A stretch of 32,000 nucleotides of DNA from Buchnera aphidicola (Thelaxes suberi) (GTDB lineage: Bacteria; Pseudomonadota; Gammaproteobacteria; Enterobacterales; Enterobacteriaceae), in contig NZ_OZ060389.1 in assembly GCF_964059005.1 (NCBI RefSeq), forward strand, positions 1 through 32,000. The letters are read 5' to 3'. How positions within the stretch are numbered: position 1 is the stretch's first letter; each line of letters begins with the position of its first letter. The position numbers were made by a program, and so were the translations under genes. Positions 13,020 through 23,330 of the stretch are shown here, piece by piece. The notes below the pieces were generated by a model that ran no database searches, was not told the DNA's origin, and was given only the letters and a program-made list of their open reading frames with translations.

Positions 13020-14416
13020 ATTTTTTTTTAAGAAGATAAAATAATTTTTAAAATAAAAAGTCTTCTATATATCCAGTTATTTTCTTTTAACAGTAAATTT
13101 ATTTTATAAGATTATAAAAATTTTTAAATCAGATCTATGATATAGCATTAACGATTTAAAAATAACAAAATTTAAATATTTTATTTTAAAAATATCTATT
13201 TAATAAATTATAAAGTAATTAATTTTTAATTTTTCAGTAAGTAATAAAATAAGTACATTAAATAGAGTTTTTTCAAAATTGAATATATTATATATATTTC
13301 AACTTAATAAGTTTATTTATATTATAATTTAAAATTATAACAATTCTTTTGTTGCAACATAAATTAATAAAAAAAATTATATTTAATATGAAATTATTTG
13401 CATATATTTCTATAAATATAGATATACTAATTATATTATAAAATAATAATTCCATATGAAATTAAAATTTATAACTTATATATGTTAAAATTTTTATCTA
13501 TACATATTATATGTATCATAATTTAAAAAAATATATATAATTATTTATAAAAAATTTTATTTTTTTTTAAAAAAAATAATATATATTCGTAATAATAAAA
13601 AACAAAACCATGATTGTTATTAATATCGTTAAAATAAATTAATTTATACATGATGAATTAATTAATAGTAATTATTATAAATATAATTACTAATAAAATT
13701 AAGTATTTATACAAGAATTTATAATTTATTATATTTATTTTAAAATATTTTGTTTTGTGATTAATAATTAAAATTATTTTTAACTTTACATTTTATAATA
13801 CATTTTAATCATAAATTAATTATTTTGAATATATTAATAATAAAATTATTAATATATTAATACATTTTTATAAATTGTAATTTTATGAATAAAATGTTTA
13901 GTTTCGTATTTTATAAATAAAATAATCTAAATTCTTGTTTTGATTAAAAGTTAAAAAATAAAGTAATAAAAAAATTATTTTTTTCTCAACAAAGAATAAA
14001 ATAATAATTTAATCAGCACATACAAAATTTAATAATATATTAAATATATACTAAAAAAGCTTTTTATTTATAATAAAAAATGAATTATTTCATTAATGAA
14101 TTATATATAATTAATATTTTATTAAAATTTATAAAAATTTTTTGTAATAAATAAATAAGTATTTAATAAAATTATTCTATAAATATAAAAATATAGTTTA
14201 TATAATTTTGAGATAATATATTATAAATTCTAATTCAAAATTATATTAATAAAAAATAAATAATTAAAAAATTTAATTTCAAACAAATTTATTTAATAAT
14301 AATTAATTTTATTTTTTTTATATAAATTAAAAAATATTTCTGTATAACCAAATATAAAATTAATTTAAAATACTATTATTAAATGTAAAACAATATTCAT
14401 AACGGATAACTTTAGT
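13020..14416 (-). pseudogene. dnaA: Fully eroded dnaA locus (synteny-defined), with a possible fossil of the DnaA C-terminus at 13028-13111
   Basis: 1,397 bp with no ORF of 60 aa or more on either strand, and about 130 G+C by hand count (roughly 9-10% GC). It occupies the position of dnaA, upstream of dnaN and divergent from rpmH. A 27-codon minus-strand frame ends at TAA 13028-13030, 8 nt before the dnaN ATG. It reads ...LKENNWIYRRLFILKIILSS*, compared with the E. coli DnaA end ...[21 protein letters not shown]. Confidence 0.5.
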
Positions 14417-14560
14417 ATGAAACGTACCTTTCAACCATCTTTATTAAAACGCAATCGTTTACATGGATTTCGATCTCGAATGTCAGATAAAAACGGAAAA
14501 CACATTTTATCTAGACGTAGAGCTAAATTACGTAGTAAGTTAACTGTTTCTTCTAACTAA
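14417..14560 (+). CDS. rpmH: 50S ribosomal protein L34
   Basis: Not in the ORF track because it is only 47 aa. Hand translation gives [47 protein letters not shown], matching the L34 consensus (E. coli [39 protein letters not shown]...). Confidence 0.95.
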   Translation: MKRTFQPSLLKRNRLHGFRSRMSDKNGKHILSRRRAKLRSKLTVSSN

Positions 14561-14580
14561 TAAATTTAACTACATAGAGT

Positions 14581-14949
14581 ATGAATATTATATTTTCATA
14601 TCCTCGGGAGTTGCGCCTGTTAACTCCCATTCAATTTAAAAAAGTTTTTAAAAAATCATATAAAGTTACTAATAAAGAATTAATTATTCTCGGAAAACCA
14701 AATTCTTTACTATTCCCTCGTTTAGGAATTAGTATTTCTAAAAAAAAAATTAAATATGCAACCATACGAAATAAAGTAAAACGATTAATTAAAGAATCAT
14801 TTAGAATTTTACAACATAATTTAATGCATATGGATTTTATAGTGATTATAAAACAATTTTCTATTTTTTTAAAAAATAATATTTTTTTTAATAAAATAAA
14901 TAAATTATGGAATAGATACTCTTTAATTAATTTAATACATAAAAAATAA
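14581..14949 (+). CDS. rnpA: RNase P protein component
   Basis: 122 aa immediately after rpmH. The motif FSYPRELRLLTPIQFKKVF matches E. coli LAFPRELRLLTPSQFTFVF, and RNKVKRLIKESFR is conserved. Confidence 0.93.
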   Translation: MNIIFSYPRELRLLTPIQFKKVFKKSYKVTNKELIILGKPNSLLFPRLGISISKKKIKYATIRNKVKRLIKESFRILQHNLMHMDFIVIIKQFSIFLKNNIFFNKINKLWNRYSLINLIHKK

Positions 14950-15058
14950 ATCTTTAAAAATACAACTAATAAAAAAAATTATAAATTTCATTTATTAATA
15001 AATAGAAAATATAAAATTATAAAAATAATTAAAACAGATAAATGTGAGAATATAAATA

Positions 15059-16669
15059 ATGAATCTGTTACGCAATTTTATTCTTGTTTCTTCTTTCGTT
15101 GCTTTAATAATCTCCTGCGCTGTTTGGAAAAAAAATATTGAAGCAAATCATAGTTCAATAAAAATTGAAAATTTTAATCATGATGATTCGTTAATAACAA
15201 CGAAAATAAACCCATTATCATTTATAACAATAAAAAACGATGTAATCAAATTAACAATTGATAAAAAAGGAGGAGATATTGTACAAACAGAATTATTAAA
15301 ATTTAAAGATACGCTAAATTCTAAAAACGATTTAAAATTATTAGAAACATCTCATAATTTTATATATCAAGCGCAAAATGATATAATAAAATCAAAATAT
15401 TTAGGTCATGAATTTCAAAAAAATTACCGATTAAATTATCAAACTAAAAAAAATGATTTTATCTTAACAAATCAAAATTCTATAATAGAAGTACCTCTAT
15501 TATCTATTTCTAAATCTGGTATTAAATATATTAAAACTTTTGTTTTAAAAAAAAATAGTTACGCTGTCGATGTAAAATTTAAAGTTATAAATAATACTAA
15601 TCAATCCATTGATATGATTATGTTTAATCGTTTAATACAAAGCATTGTCCAACCAAAAAGTAAACAACATGAGAATAATAATATTGCCTTACAAATTTTT
15701 AGAGGGGTTGCATACTCTACTGATAATAATAAATATAGTAAGTATAAATTTACAGATATACAAAATAAAGCAAATTTAAAAATATCGACAAAAAATGGAT
15801 GGATTGCAATGTTACAAAAATACTTTGTATCTGCATGGATTCCAAAAAATACATCCTATAAAAACCATATATTCACCAATTATTTAGAAAAAAATATTGC
15901 AGCTATAGGATATAAAACAGATATTATTCATATACCAGCAAAAAATGTTACTAATTTAATATCAACATTATGGGTTGGTCCAGAAATTCAAGATAAAATG
16001 GCTGCAGTTGCTCCCCATTTAGATTTAACAATAAACTATGGATGGTTATGGTTTCTATCACAACCTCTATTTAAATTACTTAAAATATTAAATAATTTTT
16101 TTCATAATTGGGGATTTTCTATTATTGCCATCACTTTTATCATGAAATTATGTATGTATCCAATTAGTAAAGCTCAATATATTGCAATATCTAAAATAAA
16201 AAAAATACAACCTTTAGTAGAAAATATTAAAAAAAAATTCGCTCATGATAAACAAAAACTAACTGAAGAAATGATCATTTTATACAAAAAAGAAGGAGTT
16301 AATCCTTTAGGAAGTCTCTTTCCAGCATTAATTCAAATGCCTCTTTTTTTAGCACTATATTATATGTTAATGAGTTCAGTAGAATTAAGACATGCCCCTT
16401 TTATCCTATGGATTCAAGATTTATCAGATAAAGATCCATACTATGTATTACCTATTTGTATGGGTATTACTATGTTTTTTATTCAAAAAAATAATACACT
16501 TAATGATCAAAACAAATCATCTATACAAGACATCATACTGCAACTAACGCCTTTTATTTTTACTATATTTTTTCTATGGTTTCCATCAGGATTAGTTTTA
16601 TACTATACAGTTAGTAATTTAATCACAATATTTCAAAATAAAATAATGTTTAAAAATATAAAAGTTTAA
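15059..16669 (+). CDS. yidC: Membrane protein insertase YidC
   Basis: 536 aa with an N-terminal TM segment, a large periplasmic domain and a conserved C-terminal core (GWLWFLSQPLF, GVNPLGS, PSGLVLYY). It keeps the rpmH-rnpA-yidC-mnmE synteny. Confidence 0.94.
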   Translation: MNLLRNFILVSSFVALIISCAVWKKNIEANHSSIKIENFNHDDSLITTKINPLSFITIKNDVIKLTIDKKGGDIVQTELLKFKDTLNSKNDLKLLETSHNFIYQAQNDIIKSKYLGHEFQKNYRLNYQTKKNDFILTNQNSIIEVPLLSISKSGIKYIKTFVLKKNSYAVDVKFKVINNTNQSIDMIMFNRLIQSIVQPKSKQHENNNIALQIFRGVAYSTDNNKYSKYKFTDIQNKANLKISTKNGWIAMLQKYFVSAWIPKNTSYKNHIFTNYLEKNIAAIGYKTDIIHIPAKNVTNLISTLWVGPEIQDKMAAVAPHLDLTINYGWLWFLSQPLFKLLKILNNFFHNWGFSIIAITFIMKLCMYPISKAQYIAISKIKKIQPLVENIKKKFAHDKQKLTEEMIILYKKEGVNPLGSLFPALIQMPLFLALYYMLMSSVELRHAPFILWIQDLSDKDPYYVLPICMGITMFFIQKNNTLNDQNKSSIQDIILQLTPFIFTIFFLWFPSGLVLYYTVSNLITIFQNKIMFKNIKV

Positions 16670-16719
16670 AATCTATTAATTTTTAATCAAAGAAATTATT
16701 CATAACGAGACTAATTATT

Positions 16720-18078
16720 GTGTATGATATGCAAACTATTGTTGCTCAGTCTACATCTCCTGGAAAATCAGGAATAGGTATATTAAGAATTTCAGGAAAA
16801 AAAACAATTGAAGTTGCTCAATTAATATTAAAATGTTTACCATCCCCTCGTGTAGCAACATATTCTAATTTTTTTGACGTAAAAGGTAATATTCTAGATA
16901 CGGGGATAGCTATTTTATTCCCAAAACCTAATTCCTTTACAGGAGAAGACGTATTAGAATTACAAGGGCATGGAAATGATTTAATTATTGACTTATTAAT
17001 AAAAAATATTTTAACAATTAAACATATACGATTGGCAAAACCTGGGGAATTTACACAACGCGCTGTCTTAAATAATAAAATAGATTTAACACAAGCAGAA
17101 GGAATCGCTGATTTAATCAATGCTGAATCAGTAAGTTCAATTCAACTATCACTAAAAATAATGCAAGGAGATTTTTCTAAACACATTAAAAATGTAATAA
17201 AAAATATATCTGATATCAATGTTTTATTAGAAACTGAATTAAACTTTTCTGAAGAGGAAGGTTTAATGCTCAATCTTAATGTCATTGAAAATACATTAAA
17301 TACAACATTAAAATTTTTATTAAAAATTAAAAATAGTGATAAAGAAGGAATAATTTTAAAAGAAGGGGCTAAAATAGTTATCTGCGGACCTCCTAATTCT
17401 GGAAAATCCACTATACTAAATATGTTATCAAAAGATAACACATCTATTGTAACCAACATAGCAGGTACAACAAGAGATTTAATCCATCAAAAAATTCAAA
17501 TTAAAGGATTGTCATTCATTGTTACTGATACAGCTGGATTAAGAAAAAGTGATAATATAATTGAAAAAATCGGAATAAAAAAAACAAAAAAAATGATTCA
17601 TTTGGCTGACCATGTACTATTCGTTATAGACTTAAAAAAATATAAAATAAATAAAGAATATTATAAAAAAATAGAAAATGAATTACTGCAAGATAAATCA
17701 TATTGTATTATTTTTAATAAAATAGATTTATTATCATTAACTCCTATAATTAAAAAAAATAAAAATACAACACATATTTATATTTCTGCGAAAAATAATA
17801 TTGGATTAAAATTATTAACAAATTATTTATTTCATAAATATAAAAAAAATAATTCTAAAGAAAGTATTTTTACAACTAGGAGAAGACATTTAATTATAAT
17901 TAATCAAGTATTTATAGAATTATCACAATCATTAACAAATTGGAAAAAAAATCATAATTTAGAATTGCTGTCAGAAAGTTTAAGAATTGCTATTAATTTA
18001 CTACAAGAAATTATTCATTGTGATTCGTCAGAAACAGTATTAAAAAAAATTTTTTCTGAATTTTGTATCGGAAAATAA
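16720..18078 (+). CDS. mnmE: tRNA modification GTPase MnmE (TrmE/ThdF)
   Basis: 452 aa with TIVAQSTSPGKSGIGILRISG at the N-terminus, G1 motif GPPNSGKST, DTAG, and the C-terminal FCIGK motif. The start is either GTG 16720 or ATG 16729. Confidence 0.94.
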   Translation: MYDMQTIVAQSTSPGKSGIGILRISGKKTIEVAQLILKCLPSPRVATYSNFFDVKGNILDTGIAILFPKPNSFTGEDVLELQGHGNDLIIDLLIKNILTIKHIRLAKPGEFTQRAVLNNKIDLTQAEGIADLINAESVSSIQLSLKIMQGDFSKHIKNVIKNISDINVLLETELNFSEEEGLMLNLNVIENTLNTTLKFLLKIKNSDKEGIILKEGAKIVICGPPNSGKSTILNMLSKDNTSIVTNIAGTTRDLIHQKIQIKGLSFIVTDTAGLRKSDNIIEKIGIKKTKKMIHLADHVLFVIDLKKYKINKEYYKKIENELLQDKSYCIIFNKIDLLSLTPIIKKNKNTTHIYISAKNNIGLKLLTNYLFHKYKKNNSKESIFTTRRRHLIIINQVFIELSQSLTNWKKNHNLELLSESLRIAINLLQEIIHCDSSETVLKKIFSEFCIGK

Positions 18079-18166
18079 AATGTATATGAACATATACACT
18101 GTTATGTAATACATAAAATAAAATTTTATATTTAAATAATATTTAATGTTGTGAATTAATAAAAAT

Positions 18167-18239
18167 TGCCCGAAGGCGGAATTGAACCACCGACACGGGG
18201 ATTTTCAGTCCCCTGCTCTACCGACTGAGCTATTCGGGC
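18167..18239 (-). tRNA. tRNA-Phe (anticodon GAA)
   Basis: The 73-nt reverse complement is GCCCGAATAGCTCAGTCGGTAGAGCAGGGGACTGAAAATCCCCGTGTCGGTGGTTCAATTCCGCCTTCGGGCA. It folds as a cloverleaf by hand: 7-bp acceptor stem, GCTC/GAGC D stem, GGGGA/TCCCC anticodon stem, loop CTGAAAA, and a T-loop TTCAATT. It is very close to E. coli tRNA-Phe. CCA is not encoded. Confidence 0.95.
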
Positions 18240-18252
18240 ATCGATTCTGAGT

Positions 18253-18281
18253 AATATATATTAATTAATCGATTTCGTCAA
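18253..18281 (-). promoter_or_regulatory. Near-consensus sigma-70 promoter for tRNA-Phe
   Basis: The minus strand reads TTGACG (18281-18276), a 17-nt spacer, then TATATT (18258-18253). The -10 element ends 13 nt upstream of the mature tRNA 5' end. This implies a short leader removed by RNase P. Confidence 0.5.
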
Positions 18282-18348
18282 ATTTTATTTAAAATAAATA
18301 ATTTTAAAGTTTTTGTTAAAAATAAATTTTTAAATTTAAATATTATTA

Positions 18349-18379
18349 CCCTTGAAAGTCTCTAATTTAATCCATATAT
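18349..18379 (+). promoter_or_regulatory. Sigma-32 (heat-shock) type promoter of groESL
   Basis: CCCTTGAAA (18349-18357), 14 nt, then CCATATAT (18372-18379). Compare the E. coli sigma-32 consensus CCCTTGAA-N13-15-CCCCATNT and the E. coli groE promoter. It lies about 70 bp upstream of the groES ATG. Confidence 0.7.
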
Positions 18380-18446
18380 ATATATTTAAATACTTATTAT
18401 AATATAATGATCGATTGGACTGATTAAAACAAAAGGAGATCTTAAA

Positions 18447-18740
18447 ATGAACATTCGTCCATTGCACGATCGTATTATCGTTAAACGCAACGAAGTTGAA
18501 TTAAAATCAGCAGGTGGAATAGTATTAACTGGATCAGCTGCAGGTAAATCAACACGCGGAACCGTTATTGCAATAGGAAATGGTAGAGTTTTAGAAAATG
18601 GTAAAATCAAACCATTAGATGTTAAAGTTGGTGATGTTGTTATTTTTAATGAAAGTTACGGTGCTAAAACTGAAAAAATTGATAATGAAGAAGTTTTAAT
18701 TTTAACAGAAGGTGACATTTTAGCAATTGTTGAAAAATAA
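18447..18740 (+). CDS. groES: Co-chaperonin GroES
   Basis: 97 aa. [14 protein letters not shown] matches E. coli [15 protein letters not shown] strong SD, AAGGAG, lies 8 nt upstream. Confidence 0.98.
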   Translation: MNIRPLHDRIIVKRNEVELKSAGGIVLTGSAAGKSTRGTVIAIGNGRVLENGKIKPLDVKVGDVVIFNESYGAKTEKIDNEEVLILTEGDILAIVEK

Positions 18741-18762
18741 ATTTAATCCGTTATTTAATTAA

Positions 18763-20433
<1,671 letters not shown>

Positions 20434-20538
20434 TTAATTTATGCATTTTTATTAAAAAATACATAAATTACATTCAAAAAGCACATTTTATAACAGTTAA
20501 TATTTAAAATCTTTTAATTAATTTAAATAAATATTTTT

Positions 20539-20573
20539 AACTTTTCACCTTGGATATAAAGGTGAAAAGTTTT
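20539..20573 (+). terminator. Rho-independent-type terminator after groEL
   Basis: aacttttcacctt (20539-20551) pairs perfectly with aaggtgaaaagtt (20559-20571). This gives a 13-bp stem and a 7-nt loop. The stem's terminal TT plus the next TT make a short T run. Confidence 0.7.
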
Positions 20574-20608
20574 AAATAAATTTAAATTTTATTTAATAAG
20601 TAAAAATT

Positions 20609-21181
20609 ATGATTATATTACATAGTAATAACATAAAAAAAGGAAGCAAAATTATTTTTTTAAATGAACCTTATTCTATAGAACATAGTGAGTTTGTTAA
20701 ACCAGGAAAAGGACAAGCGTTTATTAGGGTAAAATTACGTAATTTAATATCAGGAAAGTTATTAGATAAAACATTTAAAGCTACAGATTATTTTAATGCT
20801 GCAAATGTGCATACAACTTCAGTTATTTACATATATAAAGATCAAAACAATTATTTTTTTATGGACAAACAATCATTTGAACAATTTTCAATAAATCAAC
20901 ATACATTAAGAAATAATTATAAATGGATTGTAGAACAAAACGAATATTCAGCTAACATATGGAATAATAAAATTATCTCCATTTCTATAAACAATTTTGT
21001 TATATTAAAAGTAATTAATATAACAAACGCTATTAAAGGAAATTCAATTAATCCGGGAAACAAAATGGCTACATTATCCACAGGAGCTGTAGTAAAAATA
21101 CCTTTATTCATTAAAATAGGAGATTTGATCAAAATAGATACTCGATCTGAAGAATATGTCAGTCGAATAAAAATAAACTAA
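20609..21181 (+). CDS. efp: Translation elongation factor P
   Basis: 190 aa. SEFVKPGKGQAFIRVKLRNL contains the conserved modified Lys of the KPGKGQAF loop. TLSTGAVVKIPLFI and DTRSEEYVSRIK are conserved. Confidence 0.95.
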   Translation: MIILHSNNIKKGSKIIFLNEPYSIEHSEFVKPGKGQAFIRVKLRNLISGKLLDKTFKATDYFNAANVHTTSVIYIYKDQNNYFFMDKQSFEQFSINQHTLRNNYKWIVEQNEYSANIWNNKIISISINNFVILKVINITNAIKGNSINPGNKMATLSTGAVVKIPLFIKIGDLIKIDTRSEEYVSRIKIN

Positions 21182-21211
21182 CAATTTATTATTTATTTTA
21201 GCATTTTATTC

Positions 21212-21940
21212 CTATTTTACATATTGACGATAACTATCCCATTCAAATGTCAACCATAAACTATTTCCTAATCTCATACGATCAATAACACGTTCTCCTA
21301 ACAATAACCGCATTCCCTCATGATCCAAATTCGATAGCATTCCAGTAGAACGTTTAGAAGAAGATCTTCTATCAACTATTTGATTAATAATAACTTTTTC
21401 ATAACGTGATTCTGTTTGCATTCCTATTTCATCGATCATTAATAAGTCTACTGTACTTAAGTTATGTAATAAATTTTCTTCGGTAATAATACTCGAATCG
21501 CTAAAAGTTCCTTTCATATTAGACATTAAATCTGCAACAGTTACAATTAATACAGTTTTACCATTAAGTATTAAATGATTTCCGATTGCTGAAGCAAGAT
21601 GATTTTTACCAGTTCCAGGTTTTCCTGAAAAAATAAAACTTGCTATATTACCATTAAATTCTTCTGCATAACGTCGAGCTGCAGATACGACTTTTTTATG
21701 ACCTTTGTGTTCTATTTTATAGTTATCAAATGAACAATCAATATACAATTCGCGAATTCCTGATCTTCCTAAAATCTTCTGTATTTTTATAGATTGATTG
21801 TGTTTTAATATAGCTTTAGAAGCTAATCTTCCCTGTTCCTGATTCCAGGATATCAAATCATGTTCAGTATTAAATTTTGGTTTGACATGAGTTGGTATTA
21901 ATCGCTGTAATCTTTTTAAAAAACTGCTATGATTATCCAT
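21212..21940 (-). CDS. dnaC: Helicase loader DnaC
   Basis: 242 aa, against 245 in E. coli. IASFIFSGKPGTGKNHLA (Walker A), YEKVIINQIVDRRSSSKR and MRLGNSLW are almost identical to E. coli DnaC. Confidence 0.95.
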   Translation of the reverse strand: MDNHSSFLKRLQRLIPTHVKPKFNTEHDLISWNQEQGRLASKAILKHNQSIKIQKILGRSGIRELYIDCSFDNYKIEHKGHKKVVSAARRYAEEFNGNIASFIFSGKPGTGKNHLASAIGNHLILNGKTVLIVTVADLMSNMKGTFSDSSIITEENLLHNLSTVDLLMIDEIGMQTESRYEKVIINQIVDRRSSSKRSTGMLSNLDHEGMRLLLGERVIDRMRLGNSLWLTFEWDSYRQYVK

Positions 21941-21943
21941 ATT

Positions 21944-22504
21944 TTATTTATCTCTAAAACCTATTGGTATTTTTTTATCTGGAACTGGTAATGCATTAAT
22001 ATCTCTTTTACAACAATGATGTTTATTTTTTATAAACCTGATACGTTCTAAACTACGCGCAAATTTTTGTTGCCATTGCATATGATGAAATAATCTTCCT
22101 TCTGCTTTCCAATATGAAATAAATGATAATAATTCTTCATTTTTTGGTGCGCTTGTTAATTTTATACCCCATATAAGTGCTTGATGTAAAAAATTATTAT
22201 CTGGCTTCCAGTCATCATAGATAAGAAATTTACCTTGAGGTGTATAATTACAACTATTACTTTTTCCTTTAATATCTATTTTTGTTAAATACTTATTCAA
22301 TAAAATTGATCGATCATAATCAATATTTTTTTTATGTACATAAAATAATTTTTTCATAATTCTAGGAGTAACAACATACATTACTGGAACGTTTTCATTA
22401 AAAACAGCAAGAATTTCGTTTTTTGCACCATATAATGATTTTATAGGATTCTTAGAAAAAACTTTTAATGTTGTAAAAAAAGAGGTAAACGTACTATATG
22501 TCAT
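21944..22504 (-). CDS. dnaT: Primosomal protein DnaT
   Basis: 186 aa, against 179 in E. coli. The motifs DDWKPDNNF, SFISYWKAEGRLFHHMQWQQKFARSL and IPIGFR match E. coli DnaT ([32 protein letters not shown]). Its stop is 3 nt from the dnaC ATG, the dnaTC operon layout seen in E. coli. Confidence 0.9.
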   Translation of the reverse strand: MTYSTFTSFFTTLKVFSKNPIKSLYGAKNEILAVFNENVPVMYVVTPRIMKKLFYVHKKNIDYDRSILLNKYLTKIDIKGKSNSCNYTPQGKFLIYDDWKPDNNFLHQALIWGIKLTSAPKNEELLSFISYWKAEGRLFHHMQWQQKFARSLERIRFIKNKHHCCKRDINALPVPDKKIPIGFRDK

Positions 22505-22639
22505 ATATTAATAACCTTTAACTAATTAACAATTAATCAAATAATTAAATATTATTAAAAATATTATTTTTATCATAAAAATTAATTTATTAATAATAAT
22601 TAATATATAAATTATAAATTTATACAAAATATAAATTCT

Positions 22640-23218
22640 TTATGACAAACACTTATACAAAATATATTTTTTTTTCTTATTCATTTTAATTTTATATAAT
22701 TTCCAAGATTTTGGAATTTTTAAATCTTCTACACTCCCATAAAATTCTACATAAATTAAAGAATCTTTTTTCGTAAAATTATTTTTATAAATCAAAGTAA
22801 TTATTTTGTTAATAATATTTAAATAAAAAGGAGGATCAATAAATATTATATCAAAACTATTATTATTAGTAGAATTTAACCATTTTAATGTATTAGTATG
22901 AACAATTTTTACATTATTAATTAATAATCTATTCATATTACTTCTAATAGATAATATATTTTTTTTTTGAATCTCTAATGCAGTAACAAATTTAGCATGA
23001 CGAGAAATTGATTCAATACTTAAAATTCCACTTCCAGAAAAACAATCTAAACAGGAAGATTCATAAATATATGAATCTAACCAATTAAATAACATTTCTC
23101 TTCTAATAGATATCGTAGGTCGCATATTAATACTTCTTTGAGTATATACATATTGAGACCTTAAATATCCACCGGTTATACGTATCTTAATGTTGTTTTT
23201 TTTTATTTTTATTTGCAT
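22640..23218 (-). CDS. rsmD: 16S rRNA (guanine966-N2)-methyltransferase RsmD (YhhF)
   Basis: 192 aa. RPTISIRREMLFNWL, the SAM motif LDCFSGSG and the catalytic DPPF match E. coli RsmD. It is divergent from ftsY, as in E. coli. Confidence 0.88.
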   Translation of the reverse strand: MQIKIKKNNIKIRITGGYLRSQYVYTQRSINMRPTISIRREMLFNWLDSYIYESSCLDCFSGSGILSIESISRHAKFVTALEIQKKNILSIRSNMNRLLINNVKIVHTNTLKWLNSTNNNSFDIIFIDPPFYLNIINKIITLIYKNNFTKKDSLIYVEFYGSVEDLKIPKSWKLYKIKMNKKKKYILYKCLS

Positions 23219-23330
23219 TTTTAATCAAAATAATTATTTATTTACAATAAAAATATTTAATTTTTTTGTTATAATAAGTAAAATTTATAAAAAATATATT
23301 AATTTTTAATTAAACATCAGGAAAATATTT

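Noticed and set aside
13756-13764. TGTGATTAA, a one-mismatch DnaA-box look-alike in the dnaN-rpmH spacer. ATTTTCACA at 1-9 is a similar weaker hit.
   Set aside because: These are single isolated hits in very AT-rich DNA, with no clustering and no adjacent 13-mer-type unwinding repeats. They are compatible with chance.
13828-13858. A 13-14 bp AT-only inverted repeat (aatatattaataa / ttattaatatatt) and a 10-bp one at 13666-13692, both in the dnaA-slot spacer.
   Set aside because: With essentially a two-letter alphabet over 1.4 kb, stems of 10-13 bp are expected by chance. They contain few or no G/C positions to make them improbable.
13981-14028. The minus-strand peptide ILYVLIKLLFYSLLRKK, which might be a fossil of the DnaA Walker-A region (LFLYGGTGLGKTHLLHA), roughly at the expected distance from the putative C-terminus.
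   Set aside because: It is only 17 codons between stops, needs a multi-residue deletion to align, and has the hydrophobic/Lys composition typical of any AT-rich frame. I cannot distinguish it from noise without a proper alignment.
16818-17459. Antisense ORFs 16818-17120 (100 aa) and 17142-17459 (105 aa) inside mnmE.
   Set aside because: These are shadow ORFs opposite the conserved GTPase gene. The second merely mirrors the G-domain coding region.
20917-21132. A 71-aa antisense ORF inside efp.
   Set aside because: It is a shadow ORF within a conserved gene.
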